Source: Hyphomicrobiaceae bacterium (GTDB lineage: Bacteria > Pseudomonadota > Alphaproteobacteria > Rhizobiales > Hyphomicrobiaceae). Taken from it: a DNA stretch of 59,981 nt. Location of the stretch: positions 1 to 59,981 of the forward strand of contig JAJFHI010000122.1 of NCBI GenBank assembly GCA_021775715.1, written 5' to 3'. The notes under the pieces are model-generated. The model worked only from the letters and a program-made list of their open reading frames with translations, searched no databases and was not told the DNA's origin. Of this stretch, positions 44,223-54,622 are shown piece by piece (the first letter of the stretch is position 1; the number at the start of each line of letters is the position of its first letter). The position numbers and the translations under genes are program-made.

Positions 44223-46967
44223 ATGGGGCATCTCGCAGGCGTGACCTCCTCCGATCAGCACCGCGCACTCGGCATGAGCACGTTTGCATTCAGTGTTTGT
44301 TTTGCGACTTGGACGATATTCTCGATCATTGGCGTCCAGATTAAGCAAGATCTCGGACTCAACGACACGCAGTTTGGATTGTTGGTCGCAACGCCAATCC
44401 TGACGGGATCGCTTAGCAGGATCTTCCTCGGCATTTGGGCGGATCAGTACGGCGGCCGTACCGTCTTCGCCTTGATAATGTTTTTCTCCGCCGTGGCGAC
44501 ATTCCTGTTGTCGACGGTGTCGACATACTCTTGGTTTCTGGTTGCAGCACTAGGCGTGGGGCTTGCTGGCGGCTCGTTTGCCGTAGGAATTGCATATATT
44601 TCGAAATGGTATCCCCCCGAACAGCAAGGCACAGCGCTTGGGATATTTGGTGTCGGCAACGTCGGTGCTGCCATAACAAACTTCGGCGCACCATTCCTGC
44701 TCGTCGCATTCGGCTGGCAGCAAACCGCCCAGATTTACGCGGCCGTTTTGCTCGTCATGGCCGCTGTCTTCTATCTCACGACACGCGAAGATCCTGTAAT
44801 TGCAGCACGTCGCGCGAACGGTGAGCGCCCGCGTAGTACGCTGTTGGAACTTGAACCGTTACGCGATCCGCAAGTTTGGCGTTTCGCACTTTACTATTTC
44901 TTCGTGTTCGGCGCCTTCGTTGCGCTGGCATTGTGGCTGCCACGTTACTTGATTGGTGTTTATGGGCTCGATATCAAAACAGCAGGCATGCTTGCCGCCT
45001 TTTACGCCGTGCCAGCCAGTCTCTTCCGTGCATATGGGGGTTATCTTTCGGACAAATACGGCGCCCGCTTGATTATGTACGCGACGTTCATCGTGTCCGC
45101 CATTTGCACCTTCATGTTGGCATACCCTAAGACCGACTACATCATCCACGGCATTGACGGGCCTATACAGTTCTCAACACAGATGAGCTTAGCACCCTTC
45201 GTCGTGGCGATCTTCGTGCTTGGCTTCTTCATGTCGCTTGGCAAGGCAGCGGTCTACAAACACATTCCGGTTTACTATCCCGACCATGTCGGTTCTGTCG
45301 GCGGTCTCGTTGGTATGATCGGCGGTCTGGGGGGCTTTGTGTTGCCGATTGCCTTCGGCGTCATGAATGACCTCACGGGCATCTGGACGAGCTGCTTCAT
45401 GCTGCTTTTCGTTATCGTCCTAATCTCGCTTGCGTGGATGCATTTCTCGATCCTTGCCATGGAGCGAAGCGCTGGCACGGAGACGGATCGAAAGGCCCTA
45501 CCGCAACTGCCTGAAATGGGACCAATCCACAAACCGGAGAAACACGGCGAACTGGCCGGTGTTATCGATGACTGGCGTCCCGACGATCCAGATTTCTGGC
45601 ACACCAAAGGCCACGCGATTGCACAGCGTAATCTGTGGATTTCTATTCCGGCATTGCTGCTCGCATTTTCAGTTTGGCTGGTGTGGAGTGTTGTCGTCGC
45701 CAAACTGCCAGCGATTGGTTTTCAATATACGACCGATCAACTTTTCTGGCTTGCGGCACTGCCGGGCCTCTCCGGTGCAACGTTGCGAATATTCTATTCT
45801 TTCATGGTTCCCATTTTCGGTGGACGGCTGTGGACGACGATTACTACAGCCTCTCTGATGATCCCAGCATTCGGCATTGGCTATGCTGTTCAAAACCCTG
45901 ACACGCCTTACTTGATATTTCTTGTGCTCGCACTTTTATGCGGGCTTGGCGGCGGGAACTTTGCCTCGTCCATGGCCAACATCAGTTTCTTCTTTCCAAA
46001 AGCGGAAAAGGGTAATGCCCTTGCTCTGAATGCGGGACTTGGCAACGCAGGCGTCAGCGTCATGCAGTTCCTGGTTCCGATCGTAATCACTACGAGCGTT
46101 TTCGGTGTGTTGGGTGGCGAACCACAGGCGGTATCAGAGACCGATAAGTTGTGGTTGCAAAACGCCGGCTTCATCTGGATTCCGTTTTTGATGATTGCAA
46201 CTGTCGCAGCATGGTTCGGCATGAATGACCTCGAATCCTCGAAGGCATCGTTCAAGGAACAGTCGGTCATCTTCAAGCGTAAGCATAATTGGATCATGTG
46301 CTGGCTTTACACCGGCACCTTTGGATCTTTCATTGGCTATTCGGCCGGTTTTCCGTTGCTCGCCAAGACGCAGTTCCCTGAAATCGCCTCGCTTCAGTAC
46401 GTTTTTCTCGGACCCCTGGTCGGAGCATTATCGCGTGCAGGCACCGGTTGGATTTCCGACAAGTACGGCGGCGCTCGCGTCACGTTCTGGACCTTTATCC
46501 TGATGATCGCGGCTGTCGCCGGTGTCCTCTACTTCATTGGAGTTAAAGATCAGCCAGACGCGTTCTGGGGCTTCTTCGCGATGTTCATGGTTCTGTTTTT
46601 CGCGACAGGGATTGGCAACGCGTCAACGTTCCAGATGATCCCCGTAATCATGCGCTCAGAGATCGACCACCTCATGCCGGAACTCAATCCCAAGGAGCGT
46701 TTGCGCCAAGCAGAGAAAGAGTCGGCGGCAATCATCGGCTTCACCTCGGCTATTGCGGCCTACGGCGCGTTCTTCATCCCAAAAAGCTACGGCTCGTCCA
46801 TCGCACTCACTGGCGGACCGTCGGCAGCACTCTGGGCCTTCTTAATCTTCTATGTAACCTGCGTAGGGGTCACTTGGTGGTTTTACACCCGACCCGGCGG
46901 CTTGCTGCACGACATTGAGCGCAGCAACGACAGCACACCACTATCAGATCCACAGTCGGCAGGATGA
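44223..46967 (+). CDS. narK: nitrate/nitrite transporter, fused two-domain NarK (NarK1-NarK2 type MFS)
   Basis: 914 aa made of two consecutive MFS units of about 12 TM each. The NNP-family glycine-rich motifs occur in both halves (GGSFAVGIAYISKWYPPEQQGTALGIFGVGNVG; GGGNFASSMANISFFFPKAEKGNALALNAGLGNAG). The RBS AAAGGAGAGGG lies upstream. Confidence 0.85.
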   Translation: MGHLAGVTSSDQHRALGMSTFAFSVCFATWTIFSIIGVQIKQDLGLNDTQFGLLVATPILTGSLSRIFLGIWADQYGGRTVFALIMFFSAVATFLLSTVSTYSWFLVAALGVGLAGGSFAVGIAYISKWYPPEQQGTALGIFGVGNVGAAITNFGAPFLLVAFGWQQTAQIYAAVLLVMAAVFYLTTREDPVIAARRANGERPRSTLLELEPLRDPQVWRFALYYFFVFGAFVALALWLPRYLIGVYGLDIKTAGMLAAFYAVPASLFRAYGGYLSDKYGARLIMYATFIVSAICTFMLAYPKTDYIIHGIDGPIQFSTQMSLAPFVVAIFVLGFFMSLGKAAVYKHIPVYYPDHVGSVGGLVGMIGGLGGFVLPIAFGVMNDLTGIWTSCFMLLFVIVLISLAWMHFSILAMERSAGTETDRKALPQLPEMGPIHKPEKHGELAGVIDDWRPDDPDFWHTKGHAIAQRNLWISIPALLLAFSVWLVWSVVVAKLPAIGFQYTTDQLFWLAALPGLSGATLRIFYSFMVPIFGGRLWTTITTASLMIPAFGIGYAVQNPDTPYLIFLVLALLCGLGGGNFASSMANISFFFPKAEKGNALALNAGLGNAGVSVMQFLVPIVITTSVFGVLGGEPQAVSETDKLWLQNAGFIWIPFLMIATVAAWFGMNDLESSKASFKEQSVIFKRKHNWIMCWLYTGTFGSFIGYSAGFPLLAKTQFPEIASLQYVFLGPLVGALSRAGTGWISDKYGGARVTFWTFILMIAAVAGVLYFIGVKDQPDAFWGFFAMFMVLFFATGIGNASTFQMIPVIMRSEIDHLMPELNPKERLRQAEKESAAIIGFTSAIAAYGAFFIPKSYGSSIALTGGPSAALWAFLIFYVTCVGVTWWFYTRPGGLLHDIERSNDSTPLSDPQSAG

Positions 46968-46978
46968 GGGAATAAAAA

Positions 46979-49900
46979 ATGAGCCACTTTCTCGATCGGC
47001 TAACGTTTTTCAATCGGACGGCTAACGAATTCTCAGACGGCCATGGCATCACGACCAACGAAGACCGGCGTTGGGAGGATGGCTACCGAAAACGCTGGCA
47101 GCATGACAAAATCGTGCGCTCAACCCACGGTGTGAACTGCACAGGTTCGTGTTCCTGGAAAATTTACGTCAAGGGCGGCATCGTTACCTGGGAGACCCAG
47201 CAGACTGATTATCCGAGAACCCGGCCAGACCTGCCGAACCACGAACCGCGCGGCTGCTCACGCGGTGCGAGCTTTAGTTGGTACCTCTACTCCAACAACC
47301 GAGTGAAGTATCCGCTCGTGCGTAAGCGCCTGATGAAACTGTGGCAGGAAGCACGGCGCACAATGACTCCGGTTGCCGCCTGGGCATCGATCGTCGAGGC
47401 CCCGGATAGGCGGGCGAGCTATACCAAGAAACGAGGTCACGGCGGCTTTGTACGCGGTAGCTGGGATGAGGTAACGGAACTCATCGCTGCAGCGAACGCT
47501 TACACGGCAAAGACGTACGGGCCTGATCGCGTATTCGGTTTCTCACCGATCCCCGCCATGTCGATGGTGTCGTATGCTGCGGGTTCGCGATATCTGTCAC
47601 TCCTCGGTGGCGTGTGCATGTCGTTTTACGACTGGTATTGCGATTTGCCGCCGGCCAGCCCGCAGACCTGGGGCGAGCAAACCGACGTTCCTGAATCCGC
47701 AGACTGGTACAACTCCGGCTTCATCATTCTATGGGGCTCCAACGTTCCCCAGACACGAACGCCTGACGCACATTTCTACACCGAGGCTCGCTATCGCGGT
47801 GCCAAGAGTGCCGTTATCTGCCCCGACTATTCGGAGGCTTCGAAATTCGCCGATATGTGGCTGGCCGTAAAACAGGGCACGGACTCGGCGTTGGCGATGG
47901 CGATGGGCCACGTCATCCTGCGTGAATTCCACATCGATCGAAAGGTTCCATACTTCGAGGACTATGCGCGTAAGTACACAGACATGCCCATGTTAGTCCG
48001 GCTGGTGAAACAGGGCGAGCACTATGTGCCTGAGCGTCTCCTGCGTACGTCAGACTTCGACGGTGCACTCGGCGAGACTAATAACACCGAGTGGAAAACG
48101 GTCGCCTATGATGAGGCTGGCGGTGACAAGATCGTCGTGCCGAACGGTTCCGTTGGTTTCCGATGGGGCGAGCAGGGCAAATGGAACCTGGAAGAAAAAG
48201 AAACCGGCGGAGATGAGACCAAGCTTCGACTGTCACTCGCCGAGGTCAAGGATGAGTTCGCAGCTGTCGGCTTCCCGTATTTCGGCAATCGGGAGCACGA
48301 CCATTTTACCGGCACCGATCATCCAAGCGTGCTTGTTCGGAACGTACCGATCAAAAAGCTGAAGCTTGCCGAAGGCGAAACGCTGGTTGCATCCGTCTAT
48401 GATCTGTTCGTCGCGAATTACGGCATTGACCGTGGCTTTGGCGGCGAGCATGTCTCCAAGAACTATGACGACATGGAGCCCTACACGCCGGCATGGGCTG
48501 AAAAGATCACCGGCGTTCCACGTGACCAGATTATCCAGGTTGCGCATGAGTTTGCCTCCAATGCCGAGAAGACCAACGGGCGCTCGATGATCATCATCGG
48601 CGCTGCGATGAACCACTGGTACCACTGCGACATGAACTATCGCGGCGTCATTAACATGCTCGTGATGTGTGGGTGTGTAGGCCAGTCGGGAGGGGGCTGG
48701 TCACACTACGTTGGTCAAGAGAAGTTACGTCCACAATCCGGCTGGCTACCCCTGGCCTTCGGACTCGATTGGGGGCGTCCGCCCCGTCAGCAGAACTCCA
48801 CATCCAGCTTCTACGCTCACTCCGATCAGTGGCGTTATGAGACACTTGATGTGAAGGAAATCTTGTCGCCGACGGCACCAACCGGCCCCTGGGATGGCGC
48901 ACTGATCGACTACAACGTGCGTTCTGAACGTATGGGTTGGCTGCCATCTGCACCGCAACTTGAGACCAATCCGCTCGAAGTTGCAAAGCAGGCTGCTGCC
49001 TCCGGGAAGGAAGCGAAAGACTACGTTGCGGATGCGCTGAAATCCGGCGCTCTCAAAATGTCATGCCATGATCCCGACAATCCGAAGAACTGGCCACGCA
49101 ACATGTTCGTGTGGCGGTCAAACCTGCTCGGTTCATCAGGCAAGGGCCACGAGTATTTCTTGAAGCACCTGCTTGGCACTAGCCACGGCGTCATGGGCAA
49201 GGACCTCGGCGAGACCGGGCTAACCAAACCGCAGGACGTGGTCTGGCATGACGAAGCGCCAGAAGGAAAGCTCGACCTGCTGGTGACGCTCGACTTCCGG
49301 ATGTCGACGACCTGCGTGCTGTCCGACATCGTGCTACCAACAGCGACCTGGTACGAAAAAGACGATCTCAATACATCGGACATGCATCCATTCATTCATC
49401 CGCTCACAGGTGCGGTTGATCCTGTATGGGAAGCCAAGTCCGATTGGGAGATCTACAAGGCGATTGCCAAGAAGTTTTCTGACGTCGCACCCGAAGTGCT
49501 TGGCGTCGAGCAGGACGTTGTACTAACGCCAATCATGCACGACACGCCCGCGGAAATCGCGCAGGCACTTGATGTCAAGGATTGGATGAAGGGCGAGTGC
49601 GAGCCGGTCCCGGGCAAGACAATGCCTGCTGTTGCCGTCGTCGAGCGGGACTATCCCAACCTCTACAAGCGGTTCACATCCCTTGGTCCGCTATTAGAAA
49701 AACTTGGCAACGGCACCAAGGGAATCAACTGGAATACCGAGCATGAAATCGATTTCCTCAAGAAGCTGAATGGGAAGGTTCTCGAAGAGGGTGTGTCCAA
49801 GGGGTTGGCGAAAATCGAAACCGCGATTGATGCCTGCGAAGTAATCCTCTCGTTAGCTCCTGAGACCAATGGCGAGGTCGCGGTAAAGGCATGGGATTCG

Positions 49901-50740
49901 CTCTCCAAGTTCACCGGTCGAGACCACAGACATCTAGCGCTGCCGAAGGAGGATGAAAAGATCCGGTTCCGCGATGTCGTAGCGCAACCACGCAAGATCA
50001 TCTCGTCACCAATCTGGTCGGGGCTCGAGTCAGAGAAGGTTTGCTACAACGCCGGATATACCAACGTGCATGAACTGATCCCGTGGCGGACCCTCACCGG
50101 CCGCCAGCAACTCTATCAGGATCATTTGTGGATGCGGGCATTCGGCGAGGCGCTTTGTGTTTATCGCCCGCCCATCGATACGCGCTCCGTCAAGCCAGTT
50201 ATCGATGCCAAGCCCAACGGCGAAGACCAGATCATCTTGAACTTCATCACGCCGCACCAAAAATGGGGCATCCACTCCACCTACACCGACAACCTGATGA
50301 TGCTGACGTTATCGCGCGGCGGCCCGATTGTCTGGATCAGCGAAACCGATGCCGCAAAGGTAGGCATCGTCGATAACGACTGGGTCGAAGCCTACAATAC
50401 AAATGGGGCTCTGGTTGCCCGCGCGGTTGTCTCCCAGCGCATCAAGGAGGGCACGCTCTATATGTACCACGCTCAGGAGAAGATCGTGAACGTGCCGGGC
50501 TCTCAGATGACCGGACAACGCGGCGGCATTCATAACTCCGTCACCCGTACGGTAATCAAGCCGACTCACATGATCGGTGGCTACGCCCACCAGTCCTACG
50601 GCTTTAACTACTACGGCACGATCGGCACCAATCGAGACGAGTTCGTCATCGTGCGCAAGATGTCGGAGATCGATTGGCTGGAACGGCCGGATAATTCGAC
50701 GCCGACGGTCACCCCTTTGAACAATGAGGCTGCAGAATGA
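46979..50740 (+). CDS. narG: respiratory nitrate reductase alpha subunit
   Basis: MSHFLDRLTFFNR...DGHG...WEDGYRKRWQHDKIVRSTHGVNCTGSCSWKIYVKGGIVTWETQQTDYP is near-identical in pattern to enterobacterial NarG. Length is 1253 aa. Confidence 0.95.
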   Translation: MSHFLDRLTFFNRTANEFSDGHGITTNEDRRWEDGYRKRWQHDKIVRSTHGVNCTGSCSWKIYVKGGIVTWETQQTDYPRTRPDLPNHEPRGCSRGASFSWYLYSNNRVKYPLVRKRLMKLWQEARRTMTPVAAWASIVEAPDRRASYTKKRGHGGFVRGSWDEVTELIAAANAYTAKTYGPDRVFGFSPIPAMSMVSYAAGSRYLSLLGGVCMSFYDWYCDLPPASPQTWGEQTDVPESADWYNSGFIILWGSNVPQTRTPDAHFYTEARYRGAKSAVICPDYSEASKFADMWLAVKQGTDSALAMAMGHVILREFHIDRKVPYFEDYARKYTDMPMLVRLVKQGEHYVPERLLRTSDFDGALGETNNTEWKTVAYDEAGGDKIVVPNGSVGFRWGEQGKWNLEEKETGGDETKLRLSLAEVKDEFAAVGFPYFGNREHDHFTGTDHPSVLVRNVPIKKLKLAEGETLVASVYDLFVANYGIDRGFGGEHVSKNYDDMEPYTPAWAEKITGVPRDQIIQVAHEFASNAEKTNGRSMIIIGAAMNHWYHCDMNYRGVINMLVMCGCVGQSGGGWSHYVGQEKLRPQSGWLPLAFGLDWGRPPRQQNSTSSFYAHSDQWRYETLDVKEILSPTAPTGPWDGALIDYNVRSERMGWLPSAPQLETNPLEVAKQAAASGKEAKDYVADALKSGALKMSCHDPDNPKNWPRNMFVWRSNLLGSSGKGHEYFLKHLLGTSHGVMGKDLGETGLTKPQDVVWHDEAPEGKLDLLVTLDFRMSTTCVLSDIVLPTATWYEKDDLNTSDMHPFIHPLTGAVDPVWEAKSDWEIYKAIAKKFSDVAPEVLGVEQDVVLTPIMHDTPAEIAQALDVKDWMKGECEPVPGKTMPAVAVVERDYPNLYKRFTSLGPLLEKLGNGTKGINWNTEHEIDFLKKLNGKVLEEGVSKGLAKIETAIDACEVILSLAPETNGEVAVKAWDSLSKFTGRDHRHLALPKEDEKIRFRDVVAQPRKIISSPIWSGLESEKVCYNAGYTNVHELIPWRTLTGRQQLYQDHLWMRAFGEALCVYRPPIDTRSVKPVIDAKPNGEDQIILNFITPHQKWGIHSTYTDNLMMLTLSRGGPIVWISETDAAKVGIVDNDWVEAYNTNGALVARAVVSQRIKEGTLYMYHAQEKIVNVPGSQMTGQRGGIHNSVTRTVIKPTHMIGGYAHQSYGFNYYGTIGTNRDEFVIVRKMSEIDWLERPDNSTPTVTPLNNEAAE

Positions 50741-52257
50741 AAATCCGTGCTCAAGTTGCGATGGTGCTGAACCTCGATAAATGCATTGGGTGTCATACCT
50801 GCTCAGTCACCTGCAAGAACGTTTGGACGAACCGTGAAGGCATGGAATACGCCTGGTTCAACAACGTCGAAACAAAGCCCGGCATTGGATATCCGAAAGA
50901 TTGGGAAAATCAAGATCGCTGGAATGGCGGATGGAAGCGGAAATCGAACGGCAAGATCGAACCCAAGATCGGCGGCAAATGGCGGGTGCTAGCAAAAATT
51001 TTCGCCAATCCTGACCTGCCCGAGATCGACGATTACTATGAGCCCTTCACATTCGACTACGATCACTTACAAAGCGCACCTGAACTTGAGGCGTTTCCGA
51101 CAGCTAGGCCGCGTTCGCTGATAACCGGCGAGCGGATGGAGAAAATCGAATGGGGGCCAAACTGGGAAGAAATTCTTGGTGGTGAATTTTCGAAGAGATC
51201 ACAAGATTCCAACTTCGACGGCGTTCAAAAAGAGATCTACGGTCAATTCGAAAATACCTTTATGATGTATCTGCCAAGACTGTGCGAGCATTGCCTCAAT
51301 CCAGCGTGCGTGGCAGCCTGTCCATCTGGTGCAATCTACAAGCGTGAAGAAGACGGCATCGTCCTCATCGATCAGGACAAATGTCGTGGCTGGCGCATGT
51401 GTGTTTCCGGCTGCCCTTACAAAAAGATCTATTACAACTGGTCCTCCGGCAAATCAGAAAAGTGTATCTTCTGCTATCCCCGGATTGAAGCCGGTCAACC
51501 GACGGTCTGTTCGGAAACCTGTGTCGGGCGCATTCGATATCTCGGCGTCGTACTTTATGATGCAGATGGCATCGAAGCGGCAGCGAGTGTGGAGGACGAA
51601 GAAGACCTCTATGAATCGCAACTGAAGATTTTCCTCGATCCAAACGATCCCGATGTGATCGCACAGGCCCGCGCTGATGGTGTGCCTGATGCTTGGTTGG
51701 ACGCGGCAAAGAGATCACCGATCTACAAAATGGCAATGGAGTGGAAGGTCGCCTTCCCGCTTCACCCAGAATACCGGACGCTACCAATGGTCTGGTACGT
51801 GCCACCGCTGTCACCCATCCAATCAGCTGCGGAGGCGGGCAAGATGGGAACTGATGGAGCCATGCCAGATGTTCGGTCGCTGCGCATTCCTCTCAAATAC
51901 CTCGCCAACCTACTAACCGCCGGCGATGAAGAACCTGTTGCTCTCGGCCTTGAACGCATGCTTGCGATGCGGGCCTATATGCGCGCAAAGACCGTCGACG
52001 GTGTCATTGATGAGGTCACACCAAAGCGGGTCGGCATGACGCCACAGCAAATTGAGGACATGTACCAACTGATGGCAATTGCAAACTACGAAGACCGCTT
52101 TGTCATTCCGACGACACACCGCGAAGTGGACGAAGACGCCTACGACCTTCGCGGTTCTTGTGGATTTTCATTCGGGAACGGGTGCTCCGATGGGCAATCG
52201 GGAACAGGACTGTTCGGCGGCCCATCTAAAATAAAAACTCCGATGGAGATCGAGTAA
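50737..52257 (+). CDS. narH: respiratory nitrate reductase beta subunit (4 Fe-S clusters)
   Basis: MKIRAQVAMVLNLDKCIGCHTCSVTCKNVWT, CEHCLNPACVAACPSGAIYKREEDGIV, CRGWRMCVSGCPYKKIYYNW, KCIFCYPRIEAG. It overlaps narG by 4 nt. Confidence 0.95.
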   Translation: MKIRAQVAMVLNLDKCIGCHTCSVTCKNVWTNREGMEYAWFNNVETKPGIGYPKDWENQDRWNGGWKRKSNGKIEPKIGGKWRVLAKIFANPDLPEIDDYYEPFTFDYDHLQSAPELEAFPTARPRSLITGERMEKIEWGPNWEEILGGEFSKRSQDSNFDGVQKEIYGQFENTFMMYLPRLCEHCLNPACVAACPSGAIYKREEDGIVLIDQDKCRGWRMCVSGCPYKKIYYNWSSGKSEKCIFCYPRIEAGQPTVCSETCVGRIRYLGVVLYDADGIEAAASVEDEEDLYESQLKIFLDPNDPDVIAQARADGVPDAWLDAAKRSPIYKMAMEWKVAFPLHPEYRTLPMVWYVPPLSPIQSAAEAGKMGTDGAMPDVRSLRIPLKYLANLLTAGDEEPVALGLERMLAMRAYMRAKTVDGVIDEVTPKRVGMTPQQIEDMYQLMAIANYEDRFVIPTTHREVDEDAYDLRGSCGFSFGNGCSDGQSGTGLFGGPSKIKTPMEIE

Positions 52258-53009
52258 TGAGAAAAACGCTAAAGGTTTTATCAGCACTGCTCTCATATCC
52301 AACGGAGGACCTAAAAGAAGCTATTCCAGATATGCGGACGGCGCTTGATGAAGACAACTTGCTGCCGGTGAATAAACGTAACCAGCTCGACCGTCTTCTC
52401 GATGAGATCACGACACACAATATATTCGACTTACAAGAACGCTATGTCCTGCTTTTTGATCGCACGCGTTCGCTGTCTCTGCAGCTATTCGAGCATGTGC
52501 ATGGCGAAAGCCGTGACCGCGGGCAGGCGATGGTAGACCTGCAACAGCTCTACGAGAAAAACGGTCTGCACGTGGCAACGACTGAGTTGCCAGACTATCT
52601 CCCACTTTTCTTGGAATTCCTGTCGACACGCCCACACACTGAAGCCTGCAGCCTGCTGGACGAGACGGTCCATATTCTCGAAGCAATTCGGCGCCGGCTT
52701 ACAAAACGCAAGACACCCTATGCGTCGATTTTCTCTTGCCTCCAGGTCGTCGCAACCAGCAAAGCGCAACCCGAGACTGTGGAGGCGTTGATGATGGCAC
52801 CGGATCCGGAGCCAGACGATCTCGAAGCGCTTGATGCTGCTTGGGAAGAGGAACAAGTAAAGTTTGGCCCCGAGGCAGACCTGTGCGGCAAGAGCGATCT
52901 GACATCGAAACTACGTTCGGCCACTCGTCCTGCACCCGGCATTGTTCAACCAGCGCCACAGCGAACCGTATTTACTCATAAAACATCAACCCGCCCAACA
53001 GGGGGATAA
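52257..53009 (+). CDS. narJ: nitrate reductase molybdenum-cofactor assembly chaperone
   Basis: It lies between narH and narI. The NarJ pattern is LSALLSYPTEDL ... YVLLFDRTRSLSLQLFEHVHGESRDRGQAMVDL ... ELPDYLPLFLEFLS. Confidence 0.85.
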   Translation: MRKTLKVLSALLSYPTEDLKEAIPDMRTALDEDNLLPVNKRNQLDRLLDEITTHNIFDLQERYVLLFDRTRSLSLQLFEHVHGESRDRGQAMVDLQQLYEKNGLHVATTELPDYLPLFLEFLSTRPHTEACSLLDETVHILEAIRRRLTKRKTPYASIFSCLQVVATSKAQPETVEALMMAPDPEPDDLEALDAAWEEEQVKFGPEADLCGKSDLTSKLRSATRPAPGIVQPAPQRTVFTHKTSTRPTGG

Positions 53010-53013
53010 GCTC

Positions 53014-53754
53014 ATGTACGATACGCTCAACCACATCGTCTTCGGCTGGTATCCATATCTCTGCCTGACCGTGTTCTTGTTCGGCAGTTGGTTTCGGTTC
53101 GATCGCGAGCAGTACACTTGGAAAACAGGCTCAAGCCAACTATTGCGCCGACGGCAGCTCATGTGGGGATCCAACCTATTTCACATTGGTATTCTCATAA
53201 TATTTTTTGGTCATCTTGTCGGCCTTCTCACACCGATCCAAATATTCGATGCCATTGGTATTAGTCACGGCTTCAAACAAATCATGGCAATCGTGATTGG
53301 TGGTCTTGCCGGCTTGGCCTGCCTTGTTGGGATCGCACTGCTGACCCATCGCCGTCTCTTTGACAGTCGGATCCGCGCCACATCATCTTTCGGCGACATC
53401 GCAATCTTGTTGCTGCTGTTTGCTCAGCTTCTTCTTGGCTTGGCAACCATCCCCGTTTCCATGGAACATCTTGATGGACACGAGATGGTCAAGTTCATGG
53501 GCTGGGCGCAAGGTATCCTGCTGCTGCGTGCCGATGTTTGGCAACTTGTCGCTAACGTGCATCCGATCTTCAAGCTGCATCTTTTCCTCGGAATGACGAT
53601 CTTTCTCGTGTTCCCGTTTACGCGGCTCGTTCATGTTTGGAGCGCACCTGTCTGGTATCTGGGTCGACGTGGCTATCAAGTGGTCCGCTCACGCGGCTCA
53701 TCGAACGGTGACAGCGCTTACCAACGCTCACACTCCAGCGAGGTGAAGTCATGA
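53014..53754 (+). CDS. narI: respiratory nitrate reductase gamma subunit (dihaem cytochrome b)
   Basis: MYDTLNHIVFGWYPYLCLTVFLFGSWFRFDREQYTWKTGSSQLL, with haem histidines in LFHIGILIIFFGHLVG and FRLHLF-type helices. The ATG at 53014 follows GGGGGATAAG and lies 4 nt after the narJ stop. Confidence 0.9.
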   Translation: MYDTLNHIVFGWYPYLCLTVFLFGSWFRFDREQYTWKTGSSQLLRRRQLMWGSNLFHIGILIIFFGHLVGLLTPIQIFDAIGISHGFKQIMAIVIGGLAGLACLVGIALLTHRRLFDSRIRATSSFGDIAILLLLFAQLLLGLATIPVSMEHLDGHEMVKFMGWAQGILLLRADVWQLVANVHPIFKLHLFLGMTIFLVFPFTRLVHVWSAPVWYLGRRGYQVVRSRGSSNGDSAYQRSHSSEVKS

Positions 53755-54584
53755 GTTGTTCAAGTCAAACGGCGGTGAAAGATTCGCAGCGGATTCCGTT
53801 GTGCATCAACGATGTCGAGATCGCCCATCAGACCATTGCGATGGAAGTTCAAAACCATCCGTCCCAACGACCTGTTGAGGCCTGGCAGGCAGCCAGTAGA
53901 GCCTTGGCAGTACGAGAAATACTGTTGCAGGAAGCAAAACGTCTCGAAATAAAGCCAGAACCAACAGGGGATTCATCTGGGCGCACTGAAACGAGCGACG
54001 AAGCACTTATCCGTCAACTTATTGCCGCGCAAATCACAACACCAAATCCTGACGACGAGACGTGCCATCGCTACTATCAGCAGAACAGAAAACGTTTTGA
54101 AACACCTGCCCTCTATGAGGTGGCACATATTCTTTTGGGCGCATCCACAGAGGACCAAGATCTCTATGCGCAGCGCAGCGCCGAGGCGAAGGAAATTATC
54201 GAGGCATTGAACCACAGCCCGCGGGCATTCGCCGCTCTCGCGCGTCAATACTCCGACTGTCCATCATCGAAAGAGGGCGGCAGCCTCGGACAGATAACTC
54301 CGGGTCAAACCACACCTGAGTTCGAGGTCGCGCTGACAACCATGCAACCTGGTGAAATCAGCTCAACACCGGTTGAAACCCGCTATGGATTTCATATTAT
54401 TCTACTGCAACGCAAAGTTGACGGAACCGCACTGCCATTCGAAGTTGTAAAGGAGCGTATTTCCGAATATTTGAGTGACAAGGTCAAACGTATTGCCATT
54501 GCGCAATACATCGCGCGGCTGGTATCAGCAGCACGCATTTCTGGCGTTGCCATGCCGGATGCTCAACACCTTCGTGTTTTTTGA
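53751..54584 (+). CDS. PpiC/parvulin-type peptidyl-prolyl isomerase associated with nar
   Basis: The parvulin core reads YEVAHILL ... FAALARQYSDCPSSKEGGSLGQITPGQTTPEFE ... GEISSTPVETRYGFHIILL. It overlaps narI by 4 nt. Confidence 0.75.
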   Translation: MSCSSQTAVKDSQRIPLCINDVEIAHQTIAMEVQNHPSQRPVEAWQAASRALAVREILLQEAKRLEIKPEPTGDSSGRTETSDEALIRQLIAAQITTPNPDDETCHRYYQQNRKRFETPALYEVAHILLGASTEDQDLYAQRSAEAKEIIEALNHSPRAFAALARQYSDCPSSKEGGSLGQITPGQTTPEFEVALTTMQPGEISSTPVETRYGFHIILLQRKVDGTALPFEVVKERISEYLSDKVKRIAIAQYIARLVSAARISGVAMPDAQHLRVF

Positions 54585-54622
54585 AGTAAAAATCTGGGCG
54601 GCGAGTGATGAACACGTACGTG